DNA of 45,431 bases. Source: Planctomycetota bacterium (GTDB lineage Bacteria > Planctomycetota > UBA8108 > UBA1146). Under the pieces are notes generated by a model. That model was not told the origin of the DNA. It ran no database searches and was given only the letters and a program-made list of their open reading frames with translations. This document shows, one piece after another, positions 18,045 through 26,511 of this stretch. The stretch covers positions 1-45,431 of the forward strand of contig JAYZBV010000099.1 of NCBI GenBank assembly GCA_036338595.1. Reading direction: 5' to 3'. Position 1 is the first letter of the stretch, and every line of letters begins with the position of its first letter. The position numbers were made by a program, and so were the translations under genes.

Positions 18045-20107
18045 CAGGCCTCCTCTCTGGCCACCACGGATAGTTTTCGCTCACGTACCTCTGCGACGAG
18101 TTCGTCGATGAATGCGTCGACTGCGATCGCACCTCTGTCGCCGATTCCGCGCTGGCGTACCGACACCGTCCCGCCTTCCTCGTCTCGCCCACCGACCACG
18201 AGCAGGTACGGGATTCGCTCATCGGCCCCGACCTTGATCTTGGCGTTGACTCGCTCATCGGAGTCATCGAGTGTGACCCGGATTCCCAGGGCAACCAGGC
18301 GATCGACGATTCCCTGTGCGTATTCGACATGCTTCATCGAGATGGGAAGGACCCTCGCCTGCTCCGGAGCCAACCAGGTGGGGAACGCACCTTCGAAGTG
18401 TTCAATGAGGATTCCGATGAATCGCTCGAAACTTCCGAAGGGAGCACGATGTACCATCACGGGACGGTGTGAAGTGTTGTCGGATCCGGTGTAACTGAGA
18501 TCGAACCGCTCCGGCAGATTGTAATCGACCTGAACCGTCCCCAGTTGCCACTCACGTCCGATGGCATCCTTGACCACGAAATCGATCTTCGGGCCATAGA
18601 ACGCTGCCTCTCCCACCTCCTCGACATACGGCACACCGAGCGTCGAGGCTGCCTGACGACACGCCTCCTCGGCTCGATCCCATCGAGCAGGATCGCCGGT
18701 GTACTTGGTAGAATCGGTGTCCCTCAACCCGACGCGTACCCGGTAGTCATCCAGGCCCAGTGTCGACAGCACCAGTTTCGCCAGGCTCAGGCAACCGAGG
18801 ATCTCATCCGCAACCTGCTCCTCTGTACAGAAGATATGTGCATCGTCCTGCGTAAATCCACGGACCCTCGTGAGTCCATTCAGTTCACCCGATTGCTCCC
18901 AGCGGTAAACGGTTCCAAATTCTGCAAGGCGAACAGGAAGGTCCCGGTACGAACGAGCTTCTGCATCATAGATCTTGATATGATGCGGGCAGTTCATCGG
19001 TTTCAACATGAAACCCTCGACATTCCCCTCCCCGATTCTGTGTGAAAGTTCGGCGCAGCTGCACCCCTCGTCCGAGACCGCATCGAGGAACTCGGCCGCC
19101 AGTAGCGGCGGAAACTGGCTCTCGCGGTAATATGGGAAGTGGCCGCTGGTTCTGTACAGTTCCAGCTTGCCGACATGGGGCGTGTAGACCATGTCGTAAC
19201 CGGTAGCGACCAGATGTGATCGGATGAACTCCTCCAGTTCTCTCCGCACCACCGCTCCACCGGGTTGCCAGAGCACCAGCCCCTGCCCCACGGCCTCGTC
19301 GATCCTGAACAGATTCTGCTTCTTCCCGATGACCCTGTGATCCCGCCGTTTCGCTTCCTCAAGCCGTTCGAGGTGCCGCTTCAGCTGGGCAGGAAACGAA
19401 AACGCAGTGCCGTACACCCGAGTCAGACTGTCGCTCGCTGCATCGCCGTGCCAGTAGGAACTGGCAACACTCAGCAACTTGAACGCTCCGATGCGACCGG
19501 TGCTGGGAAGATGAGGTCCCTTGCAAAGATCTTCCCAGTCGGTACCGAGTTCCCCCGTGACATACCAGCTGAGTTCATCAGAACCCGCTTCGATGGCACG
19601 CTCGGCGTTGTCGATCTTGTATTTACTGCTTTCATCCTGAAGTTTTGTCATCCCTTCCTCGCGACCGAGTTGGTAGCGGCGGAAGGGACGGTCCTCGGCG
19701 ATGATCGCTTTCATCTGGTCCTCTATGGCAGGGAAATCCTCGCTACTGAGTGAGCGATCATCTGGAAAGCGAATGTCGTAGTAGAATCCCATATCAGTGG
19801 GAGGTCCGTAGACCAGTTCTGCACCCGGCACGACGCGCTCGATCGCTTCCGCCATGACATGGGCACAGGAGTGGCGAACCAGGAAGAGTGCGTCCTGCTC
19901 GGGGTCGTCCTTCTTGCTACCTGAAGTGATGATCGAGACCTGGGCGTCACTCTCGATGAGGTGGCCGAGATCCCGGATCTCTCCATCGACCTGGAGTCCT
20001 ATCGAAGCCTTGAGCAGCCTCTCTCCGATATCTCCAGCTATACGGATCCCATCGACGGGAGCGTCGTAGTCTCGAGTGCTGCCGTCCGGGAGGGTGATCC
20101 TTGGCAT
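18044..20107 (-). CDS. thrS: Threonine--tRNA ligase
   Basis: TGS domain ITLPDGS, RHSCAHVMA, DLCKGPH, RDHR, LKPMNCPHH, RVRGFTQDDAH, AAFYGPKID, HRAPFGSFERF. Start likely at MPRITLPDG. Confidence 0.98.
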   Translation of the reverse strand: MPRITLPDGSTRDYDAPVDGIRIAGDIGERLLKASIGLQVDGEIRDLGHLIESDAQVSIITSGSKKDDPEQDALFLVRHSCAHVMAEAIERVVPGAELVYGPPTDMGFYYDIRFPDDRSLSSEDFPAIEDQMKAIIAEDRPFRRYQLGREEGMTKLQDESSKYKIDNAERAIEAGSDELSWYVTGELGTDWEDLCKGPHLPSTGRIGAFKLLSVASSYWHGDAASDSLTRVYGTAFSFPAQLKRHLERLEEAKRRDHRVIGKKQNLFRIDEAVGQGLVLWQPGGAVVRRELEEFIRSHLVATGYDMVYTPHVGKLELYRTSGHFPYYRESQFPPLLAAEFLDAVSDEGCSCAELSHRIGEGNVEGFMLKPMNCPHHIKIYDAEARSYRDLPVRLAEFGTVYRWEQSGELNGLTRVRGFTQDDAHIFCTEEQVADEILGCLSLAKLVLSTLGLDDYRVRVGLRDTDSTKYTGDPARWDRAEEACRQAASTLGVPYVEEVGEAAFYGPKIDFVVKDAIGREWQLGTVQVDYNLPERFDLSYTGSDNTSHRPVMVHRAPFGSFERFIGILIEHFEGAFPTWLAPEQARVLPISMKHVEYAQGIVDRLVALGIRVTLDDSDERVNAKIKVGADERIPYLLVVGGRDEEGGTVSVRQRGIGDRGAIAVDAFIDELVAEVRERKLSVVAREEA

Positions 20108-20238
20108 GGGCCTTCCTTCCGGGCGCATTCTAGCCAAAGTCGCTCCGATACGCCATCGGACCCGGCGACTCGGAACTGGAACTTGACCTCTGGTCCTGAA
20201 GAAACAACATGGCCCTCAGAAGCACCCAGGGAAAGGAG

Positions 20239-21459
20239 ATGGCAGTGGACCGGTTTGACTCGGACGCACGGCTGATCTTCATCCATGCAGACATGGATGC
20301 CTTCTTCGCCGCCGTGGAGATTCTCGATGACCCTTCCCTCGCCGGATTGCCGGTGATCATCGGGCATCCAGGCCCACGAGGTGTGGTCTCCACTGCATCC
20401 TACGAAGCTCGTCAGTTCGGAGTGCACTCGGCGATGCCTTCGGTGGAGGCACTTCGTCGCTGTCCGACGGGAGTGTGGCGCTCCCCGCGAGGCTCTCGCT
20501 ACCAGGAGATCTCGCGCCAGGTGATGCGGGTATTCGAGGAGTTTACCCCCGAAGTGGAGCCCCTCTCACTCGACGAGGCCTTTCTCGGTATCGAGGGATC
20601 GCTGCGCCTCTTCGGAGGCGCTGTCACCATCGCCAGGGAGGTGCGAACTCGCGTCAAGCAATGCACAGGACTGACCGTCAGCGTGGGAGTCGCACCCAAC
20701 AAGTTTCTGGCAAAACTCGCCAGCGATATGGACAAACCAGATGGACTGACCGTTGTCGATCCCGATCGGATTCAGCAGCTCCTCGATCCACTTCCTGTGC
20801 AGAGACTCTGGGGTGTCGGTCCACGTACCGCGGAAATCCTGCACCACATCGGACTGAAAGAGGTCCGGCACATCCGTAGCGCAGGGCTCGATCTGATGAT
20901 CAGACAACTCGGAGAAGGGACGGGGCAACACCTCTGGAACCTCGCTCACGGAGTCGATGATCGCACCATCGCGAGCGAGCGCGATGCAAGGTCCATCTCC
21001 ACCGAGTCCACCTTCAGCAAGGACATACAGCCAGGCCCGAAGGTCGAGGAGTTCCTCAGAGTGGCTGCCGAAGATGTCGCAAGATCCCTCAGAGAACAGC
21101 AATTGCGCGCCAGAACGGTGCGACTCAAGGTCAGGACCGGTTCCTTCCGCACGATGAATCGAAGCCGCACTCTCTCTGCGCCGGCGCAGGAACCGGGCCC
21201 CCTCTACGAGGCGGTCATCTCTCTGTTTTCCGATATCGATCTCAAGGGAGAGGGGATCCGCTTGCTCGGGCTCGGCTCCGGAAATCTCGTGCCAGTGTCT
21301 GCGCCACGCCAGCATGGCCTATTCGATGACTCGGCCGGATCGGTACGCGAGGAAACGGTATCGCGACTACTCGATGAGTCACGCAGGGTCTCCGGCGGCG
21401 CCGATCTGAAGCGAGGTCGCCTCATCCCCGGCCGACCCGAGCCGGAGGAAACACCGTGA
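20239..21459 (+). CDS. dinB: DNA polymerase IV (Y family)
   Basis: HADMDAFFAAVE, STASYEARQFGVHSAMP, SLDEAFL, NKFLAKLASD..KPDG, LWGVG. The start may be ATG 20239 or GTG 20245. Confidence 0.96.
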   Translation: MAVDRFDSDARLIFIHADMDAFFAAVEILDDPSLAGLPVIIGHPGPRGVVSTASYEARQFGVHSAMPSVEALRRCPTGVWRSPRGSRYQEISRQVMRVFEEFTPEVEPLSLDEAFLGIEGSLRLFGGAVTIAREVRTRVKQCTGLTVSVGVAPNKFLAKLASDMDKPDGLTVVDPDRIQQLLDPLPVQRLWGVGPRTAEILHHIGLKEVRHIRSAGLDLMIRQLGEGTGQHLWNLAHGVDDRTIASERDARSISTESTFSKDIQPGPKVEEFLRVAAEDVARSLREQQLRARTVRLKVRTGSFRTMNRSRTLSAPAQEPGPLYEAVISLFSDIDLKGEGIRLLGLGSGNLVPVSAPRQHGLFDDSAGSVREETVSRLLDESRRVSGGADLKRGRLIPGRPEPEETP

Positions 21460-21465
21460 TCCGAT

Positions 21466-22191
21466 TCAGGCCTTCTTCTTTCGTCGCTTGAAGATCTTCA
21501 GATTGAGTGCCTCGACAAATGCCGAGAATCCCATCGCGAAGTAGATGTATCCCTTCGGAATCTCGTAGTGCCACCCTTCTGCGACCAGTGCGAAACCGAT
21601 CAATAGCAGGAAAGATAGTGCCAGCACTTTCACCGTGGGATGCTTCTCGACGAATCTCGAGACCGAACCGCTGAATGCCAGCATCACGAGCACAGAGAGC
21701 ACCACTGCCACTACCATCACCATCAGCGACTCCACCATTCCGATCGCAGTGATGACGGAATCGATGCTGAAGACCACATCGAGTAGCGCAATCTGAACCA
21801 GCACCGAGAAGAAACTGACCTTCATGCCTCGCTCGGATCCCTGATCATCTTCACCTTCGATCTTATCGTGTATCTCGTGGGTAGCCTTGCCGAGCAGGAA
21901 CAGGCCACCACAGATCAAGATCAGATCCTTGCCCGAGACATCGTGGTCGAGAACCGTAAACAGCACATCACTGAGGGTCAGCAACCAGGTGAGGGAAAAG
22001 AGCAATGCGATGCGCGTGCCCATCGCGATGAGCAGGCCAATCCTTCGTGCAGCATCTCGTTTCTTCTCGGGGAGTTTTGCTGCGAGCACTGCGATGAAGA
22101 TGATGTTGTCGATTCCGAGCACGATTTCCATCACCGTGAGGGTCGCCAGAGCGATCCACGTGCTGGGATCTTGAAACAAGGAAAGATCCAA
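21466..22191 (-). CDS. TerC family integral membrane protein
   Basis: EIVLGIDNIIFI, GKDLIL..GGLFLLGKATHEIH, DVVFSIDSVITAIG, HPTVKVLALSFLLLIG, IPKGYIYFAMGFS. Confidence 0.95.
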   Translation of the reverse strand: MDLSLFQDPSTWIALATLTVMEIVLGIDNIIFIAVLAAKLPEKKRDAARRIGLLIAMGTRIALLFSLTWLLTLSDVLFTVLDHDVSGKDLILICGGLFLLGKATHEIHDKIEGEDDQGSERGMKVSFFSVLVQIALLDVVFSIDSVITAIGMVESLMVMVVAVVLSVLVMLAFSGSVSRFVEKHPTVKVLALSFLLLIGFALVAEGWHYEIPKGYIYFAMGFSAFVEALNLKIFKRRKKKA

Positions 22192-22197
22192 TCGTCC

Positions 22198-23568
22198 CTA
22201 CCCTTCCTTCAGCACTCGGCTGATGATCTCGTCATGAACATCGATGGCATCGATGGCGCTCGCTGAGCTCTTCCACGATCGGATGATCACGGGCCGACTC
22301 TCGGCATCGGATGGAGGACGCCCATGACTCCCTCTCACCATCGAAGGATCGGTAGAGATCACATCGAGCAACGTTCTCATGCCAATCTTTTTCTGGAGCA
22401 GCCGAAAACCAACCTTCAGAGCCGGCCAGCGAAGCGCGGGGTCCAGAAACAGTTCTGCCGGGTCATAGCCGGGTTTGCGGTGGATGTCGACGGTGCGAGC
22501 GTAATCGGGCGCTCTCGATTCATCGTGCCACCACGGATAGGCGAACCAGCAGCCAGGTTCAGCCAGCAGTACCAGGTCTCCAGCGCGGCGATGGTCGAGA
22601 CCGATCTGGCCACGATCATCCGCCGCCAGGACCTGATCCACGCCGTCTAGCTGCTGAAACAACGCCCTCACCTTGTCGAGGTCGACTCCGGATCCCAGAT
22701 GCACATGGGCCAGTTGATGGTCGCAGACGGCAAACGCTTGACTGCGATGGAGGTCGAGCAAATCTCCGTGAGATGTGGCGTGCACCTTCAGTTCGCCACG
22801 TTCGGCGAGCATCCTGTTGGGAAAGACCGGCTGACTGACATCTTCTACACCGTATTCGGAAAGCAACATCACATCGGCGCCGCGGCCTCGCGCGGATTGG
22901 AGCAACCGTTCGAGTTCTTGATCGAGTTGTTGACGAGATCGACTTCCCTGTGGCGAATCGGGACCGTGACGTTGATCGTCGTAATCGAGATGTGGCAGAT
23001 AGACCAGCAGTACATCGGGATCCTGCTCATCGATGACGGAGATCGCCGAGTCGACAATCCAGCTGGTCGAACCGATTCCTGCACGAGGACCCCAGAAGTC
23101 AAACAGTGGAAAGCGGCCGAGCTTTCGCTGCATCTCGACCGGGAACTCAGGAGGCTCGCCGTAGACACATGGGATCTTGCGCCCGTCTGCTGGATATTCA
23201 GGGCGAGGGGTGAGACTCCAGTCGGCACCGCTTCCGATGTTGAACCACCAGAAGAGGTTCGCCACGGAGACCCCTTCTGCACGTAATCGGTCGATGAAGG
23301 TCGGGGCCTCGATCAGATCCCTGGGCTGCAGCCAGAAACGAACCTCACGGGTGTCTCGATGAAACCAACCATTGCCGACGATGCCATGCTCTTGCGGCAA
23401 CTTGCCGGTGAGAAAGGTCGCCTGGGATGTGCAGGTCACAGCAGGTGTAGGAGGGGTCAGGGACGCTACGGAGCCTTCGGAGACCAGTTCCGACAGTGAC
23501 GGAAACTGATCGATATCCTTGGCGCGCATTCCCACCGTGATGGCGATGACCATCTTCACGGATACCAC
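22198..23568 (-). CDS. Alkaline phosphatase superfamily nucleotide pyrophosphatase/phosphodiesterase (EboF-like)
   Basis: PAVTCTSQATFLTG..P.EHGIVGNGW (Thr nucleophile), YLPHLDY..QRHGP, SEYG, DHQLAHV, VDIHRKPGYDPAELF, RGSHG. Confidence 0.85.
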   Translation of the reverse strand: MVSVKMVIAITVGMRAKDIDQFPSLSELVSEGSVASLTPPTPAVTCTSQATFLTGKLPQEHGIVGNGWFHRDTREVRFWLQPRDLIEAPTFIDRLRAEGVSVANLFWWFNIGSGADWSLTPRPEYPADGRKIPCVYGEPPEFPVEMQRKLGRFPLFDFWGPRAGIGSTSWIVDSAISVIDEQDPDVLLVYLPHLDYDDQRHGPDSPQGSRSRQQLDQELERLLQSARGRGADVMLLSEYGVEDVSQPVFPNRMLAERGELKVHATSHGDLLDLHRSQAFAVCDHQLAHVHLGSGVDLDKVRALFQQLDGVDQVLAADDRGQIGLDHRRAGDLVLLAEPGCWFAYPWWHDESRAPDYARTVDIHRKPGYDPAELFLDPALRWPALKVGFRLLQKKIGMRTLLDVISTDPSMVRGSHGRPPSDAESRPVIIRSWKSSASAIDAIDVHDEIISRVLKEG

Positions 23569-23583
23569 GCTCCCCTCACAGAA

Positions 23584-24693
23584 TTACTCCGCACAATCCG
23601 GTTCGCAGATTTCGCCGTCGAGTTCTCCCGTATCGACCTGCTCGGTGGCACCTTCGACTGGAAACAGTTCATCGACGATCCGGCGGAAGTCGGCCGCATC
23701 GCGCGCAACGGTCACGGCAGCTCGAAAATCCCTGGCACCCCTCACACCGGTCAGATAGCGCGCTGCAAACTTCCTCATCAATACGGTGCCGAACGGATCT
23801 CCATGGATCTCGACCAGTTGAGAATGATGCCGCAGAAGTTGCTCACGCTGCTGTGATAGCGAAGGCGGCAACGGAATCGGATCGCCCCGCAACGCCGCAG
23901 CGATCTCCCTGAAAACCCAGGGAGCACCGAGACATCGACGCGCCACCATCACACCAGCAGCACCTGTATTGTCAAATGCCAGAAGAGCACTGCTGGCATC
24001 CACGATGTCGCCATTTGCGATGACCGGAATCTCCACCTCGGCAACGATCTCGGCAATCATCCGATGATTGACCGGGATTCCATATCCATCGCGTGCGGTT
24101 CGTCCATGCACCGTGATCGCAGAGGCCCCCGCAGACTGAGCAGCCCTTGCCACCTCGATCCCGGTGATCTGATCTGGATGGGGTCCGAGCCGGATCTTTG
24201 CCGTGACAGGAATCTCACCTGCACCCCGTATCGTCGCCTCTATCAATCGAGCGATGGTGGAAGGATCGCGCAGCAATTGAGCCCCGGCACCCTGCTTGCC
24301 CATGATCCTCCGCTTGGGACAACCAAAGTTGAGATCGATGACCGAGATGCCGAGATCGACGAGACGGCGCGCCGCCTCCTCCACCATCTCCGGTTCTCGA
24401 TCCCACAGTTGCACACCCAGCGGGCCCGGCTCATCGGCGACTCCGAACAGGCGATCGGGCGGTATATTTCCGCGCACCCAGCCACCTGCCGAGACCATTT
24501 CGGTATAGATCAGACCACAACCGCCCAGTTCTCTGACGATGCGCCGAAACACCAGGTCAGTGAAACCTGCGATGGGTGCCTGCAGGATCGGGGTCTCCAG
24601 CGGCAACGATCCGATGAACAGCGGCCTCACCACCGATGGATCGAACGCAACTTCAGGCTGCTTTTTTGTCGGGGTGCTCTGCTCGGCGCTCAT
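23584..24693 (-). CDS. dusB: tRNA-dihydrouridine synthase (DusB-like)
   Basis: QAPIAGFTD, YTEMVS, IDLNFGCP, GAGAQLL, PVTAKIRLG, TVHGRT, ANGDI, GVMVAR...PW.F. Confidence 0.92.
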   Translation of the reverse strand: MSAEQSTPTKKQPEVAFDPSVVRPLFIGSLPLETPILQAPIAGFTDLVFRRIVRELGGCGLIYTEMVSAGGWVRGNIPPDRLFGVADEPGPLGVQLWDREPEMVEEAARRLVDLGISVIDLNFGCPKRRIMGKQGAGAQLLRDPSTIARLIEATIRGAGEIPVTAKIRLGPHPDQITGIEVARAAQSAGASAITVHGRTARDGYGIPVNHRMIAEIVAEVEIPVIANGDIVDASSALLAFDNTGAAGVMVARRCLGAPWVFREIAAALRGDPIPLPPSLSQQREQLLRHHSQLVEIHGDPFGTVLMRKFAARYLTGVRGARDFRAAVTVARDAADFRRIVDELFPVEGATEQVDTGELDGEICEPDCAE

Positions 24694-24765
24694 CTCGATC
24701 CTCTCTGGCAGACTCGGTCGTACAACACGACCTCATCACCGCTGCGGATCTACAGGGTATCGACT

Positions 24766-26316
24766 TCAGCGCTGATTCGCCAACGAGACCGCCCGGCTCG
24801 CCGGGCCCGAACCACTTCTGAGAGACATCGCCTCGAGCAGATCGACTCTCTCGATCGCCTCTGAGGCCCTCAGGTCCGCGATGGTCCTGCCGAGCCGCAT
24901 CAACCGGGTGAGTCCGCGCGTCGACACTTCGCCCTGATTCTGGGCCTCGATCAACAAACGACAGACGGACTCGGATAGTGGAGCCCAGCGGCTGCGGTCC
25001 CGCCACTGGAGATCCCTGTTGGGACCGCTTTGACCTCGATCGAGTGCTCGTTGTCTCGCCTCCACCACTCGGCTCGCCACCTCAGCGCTCGACTCGGGTG
25101 CCACATGTGGCTCTTCGAGCAACTGCTGACCAGAGATCGGTTCGATGCTGATCCTGATGTCAAAGCGATCGAGCATCGGGCCGGAGATGCGAGCAGAATA
25201 CGCTGCCAGTACCGTGCCGGAACAGCGGCAACGCCGGGGACCATCATCTCCAGCATGACCGCAGGGGCAGGGATTCATCGCGGCTATCAGAAGAAAACGG
25301 GAGGGAAATGTGCGACTCGATCCTGAACGAGATACAGTCACGGAGCCCTCTTCCATCGGCTCGCGCATCGCCTCCAGGGATCGCCGGGCGATCTCTGGAA
25401 ATTCATCGAGAAACAACACTCCGTGATGCGCCCGGGTCACCTCACCTGGATTCGGCGGGGAACCACCACCGATCAGACCCGCCCAGCTGACGCTGTGATG
25501 CGGAGCGCGGAAGGGGCGATCTGTGACCAGTTGTTCGCGCCCGGTGCCACACACCTCATGAATCTGAGTCACCTCGATCTGTTGCTCCCGGTCGAGCGGT
25601 GGCAGCAATCCGCCCAGCCGCCTTGCCAGAAAGCTCTTGCCGCAACCCGGGGGGCCGATCATCAACATCGGGTGCTCTCCCGTCGCCGAGATTTCCAGTG
25701 CCCGACGCGCTCGGGTGTGACCCCTCACATCGGTTAGATCGGCGCGGATACATCGATCTTCACCGTCGATGATCTCCCCGGTGGAGGGACCGGCGCCGCT
25801 AGACTCTCCCCGGATCACTTCCAGCGCCTGGCGTAGACTGGTCACGCCCTCGATTTTCATGCCACCGACCGCCCGCGCCACGCTCCGGTTGCTCGCCGGC
25901 ACGACCACTGCATCTGCGCAGGAGTGACGCAATTGCGAGATGATGGAGAGGCACCCGGGCACGGGCCTGACCCTGCCGTCGAGGGCCAACTCTCCGAGAG
26001 CCGCCCAGCCGCCGAGAAGGTCTGCATCGACCTGCCCGCTGGCGACCAGAATCGACAGCGCAATGGGCAGATCGAACACCGCTCCATCCTTCTCCCATGC
26101 CGCCGGCGCCAGGTTGATGACGATTCTATGGCGGTCTGGATAGCGATATCCGGAGTTCTCGAGCGCGGAGCGGATGCGCTCCCTCGCCTCGCGGATGCCC
26201 TTCCCCGGCAGACCACTGATCACGAAGGATGAGAGAGCCGGGATCAGATCGACCTCGACCTCGACAACACGGCCGTGAATCCCCTCCAGGTCACCAGAAA
26301 GTAATCGGAACGCCAT
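24766..26316 (-). CDS. comM: YifB/ComM family Mg-chelatase-like AAA+ ATPase
   Basis: EARERIRSA, INLAPA..K.G..FDLPIA, GELALDG, GPPGCGKS, RPFRAPHHS, AHHGVLFLDE, AAMNPCPCG, ISGPMLDRFD. Start at MAFRLLSG. Confidence 0.93.
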   Translation of the reverse strand: MAFRLLSGDLEGIHGRVVEVEVDLIPALSSFVISGLPGKGIREARERIRSALENSGYRYPDRHRIVINLAPAAWEKDGAVFDLPIALSILVASGQVDADLLGGWAALGELALDGRVRPVPGCLSIISQLRHSCADAVVVPASNRSVARAVGGMKIEGVTSLRQALEVIRGESSGAGPSTGEIIDGEDRCIRADLTDVRGHTRARRALEISATGEHPMLMIGPPGCGKSFLARRLGGLLPPLDREQQIEVTQIHEVCGTGREQLVTDRPFRAPHHSVSWAGLIGGGSPPNPGEVTRAHHGVLFLDEFPEIARRSLEAMREPMEEGSVTVSRSGSSRTFPSRFLLIAAMNPCPCGHAGDDGPRRCRCSGTVLAAYSARISGPMLDRFDIRISIEPISGQQLLEEPHVAPESSAEVASRVVEARQRALDRGQSGPNRDLQWRDRSRWAPLSESVCRLLIEAQNQGEVSTRGLTRLMRLGRTIADLRASEAIERVDLLEAMSLRSGSGPASRAVSLANQR

Positions 26317-26511
26317 CACATGCCCTTGCGTTTTGTGGATGCTCGCCAGAGTCACTGCACGATACAACTCTCCGATCTGGCTACAGATCGTCTCTATGGC
26401 CCTATTTCGGACGGGCGGGTATACTTCCCCGACCTGAAAGCCGGAACCATGCCCCCCGCAGGCACCCCCTGAGAGGGGTATTCGGCTTTGAGACACCCTG
26501 GAAGGGGGACC

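Noticed and set aside
17944..18330. 128-aa minus-strand ORF from the track spanning the thrS end
   Set aside because: Mostly overlaps thrS out of frame; the 38-aa ORF at 17928-18044 explains the gap better.
20108..20245. LexA/SOS box upstream of dinB
   Set aside because: No palindrome matching LexA boxes I know (CTGT-N8-ACAG, GAAC-N4-GTTC, GTTC-N7-GTTC).
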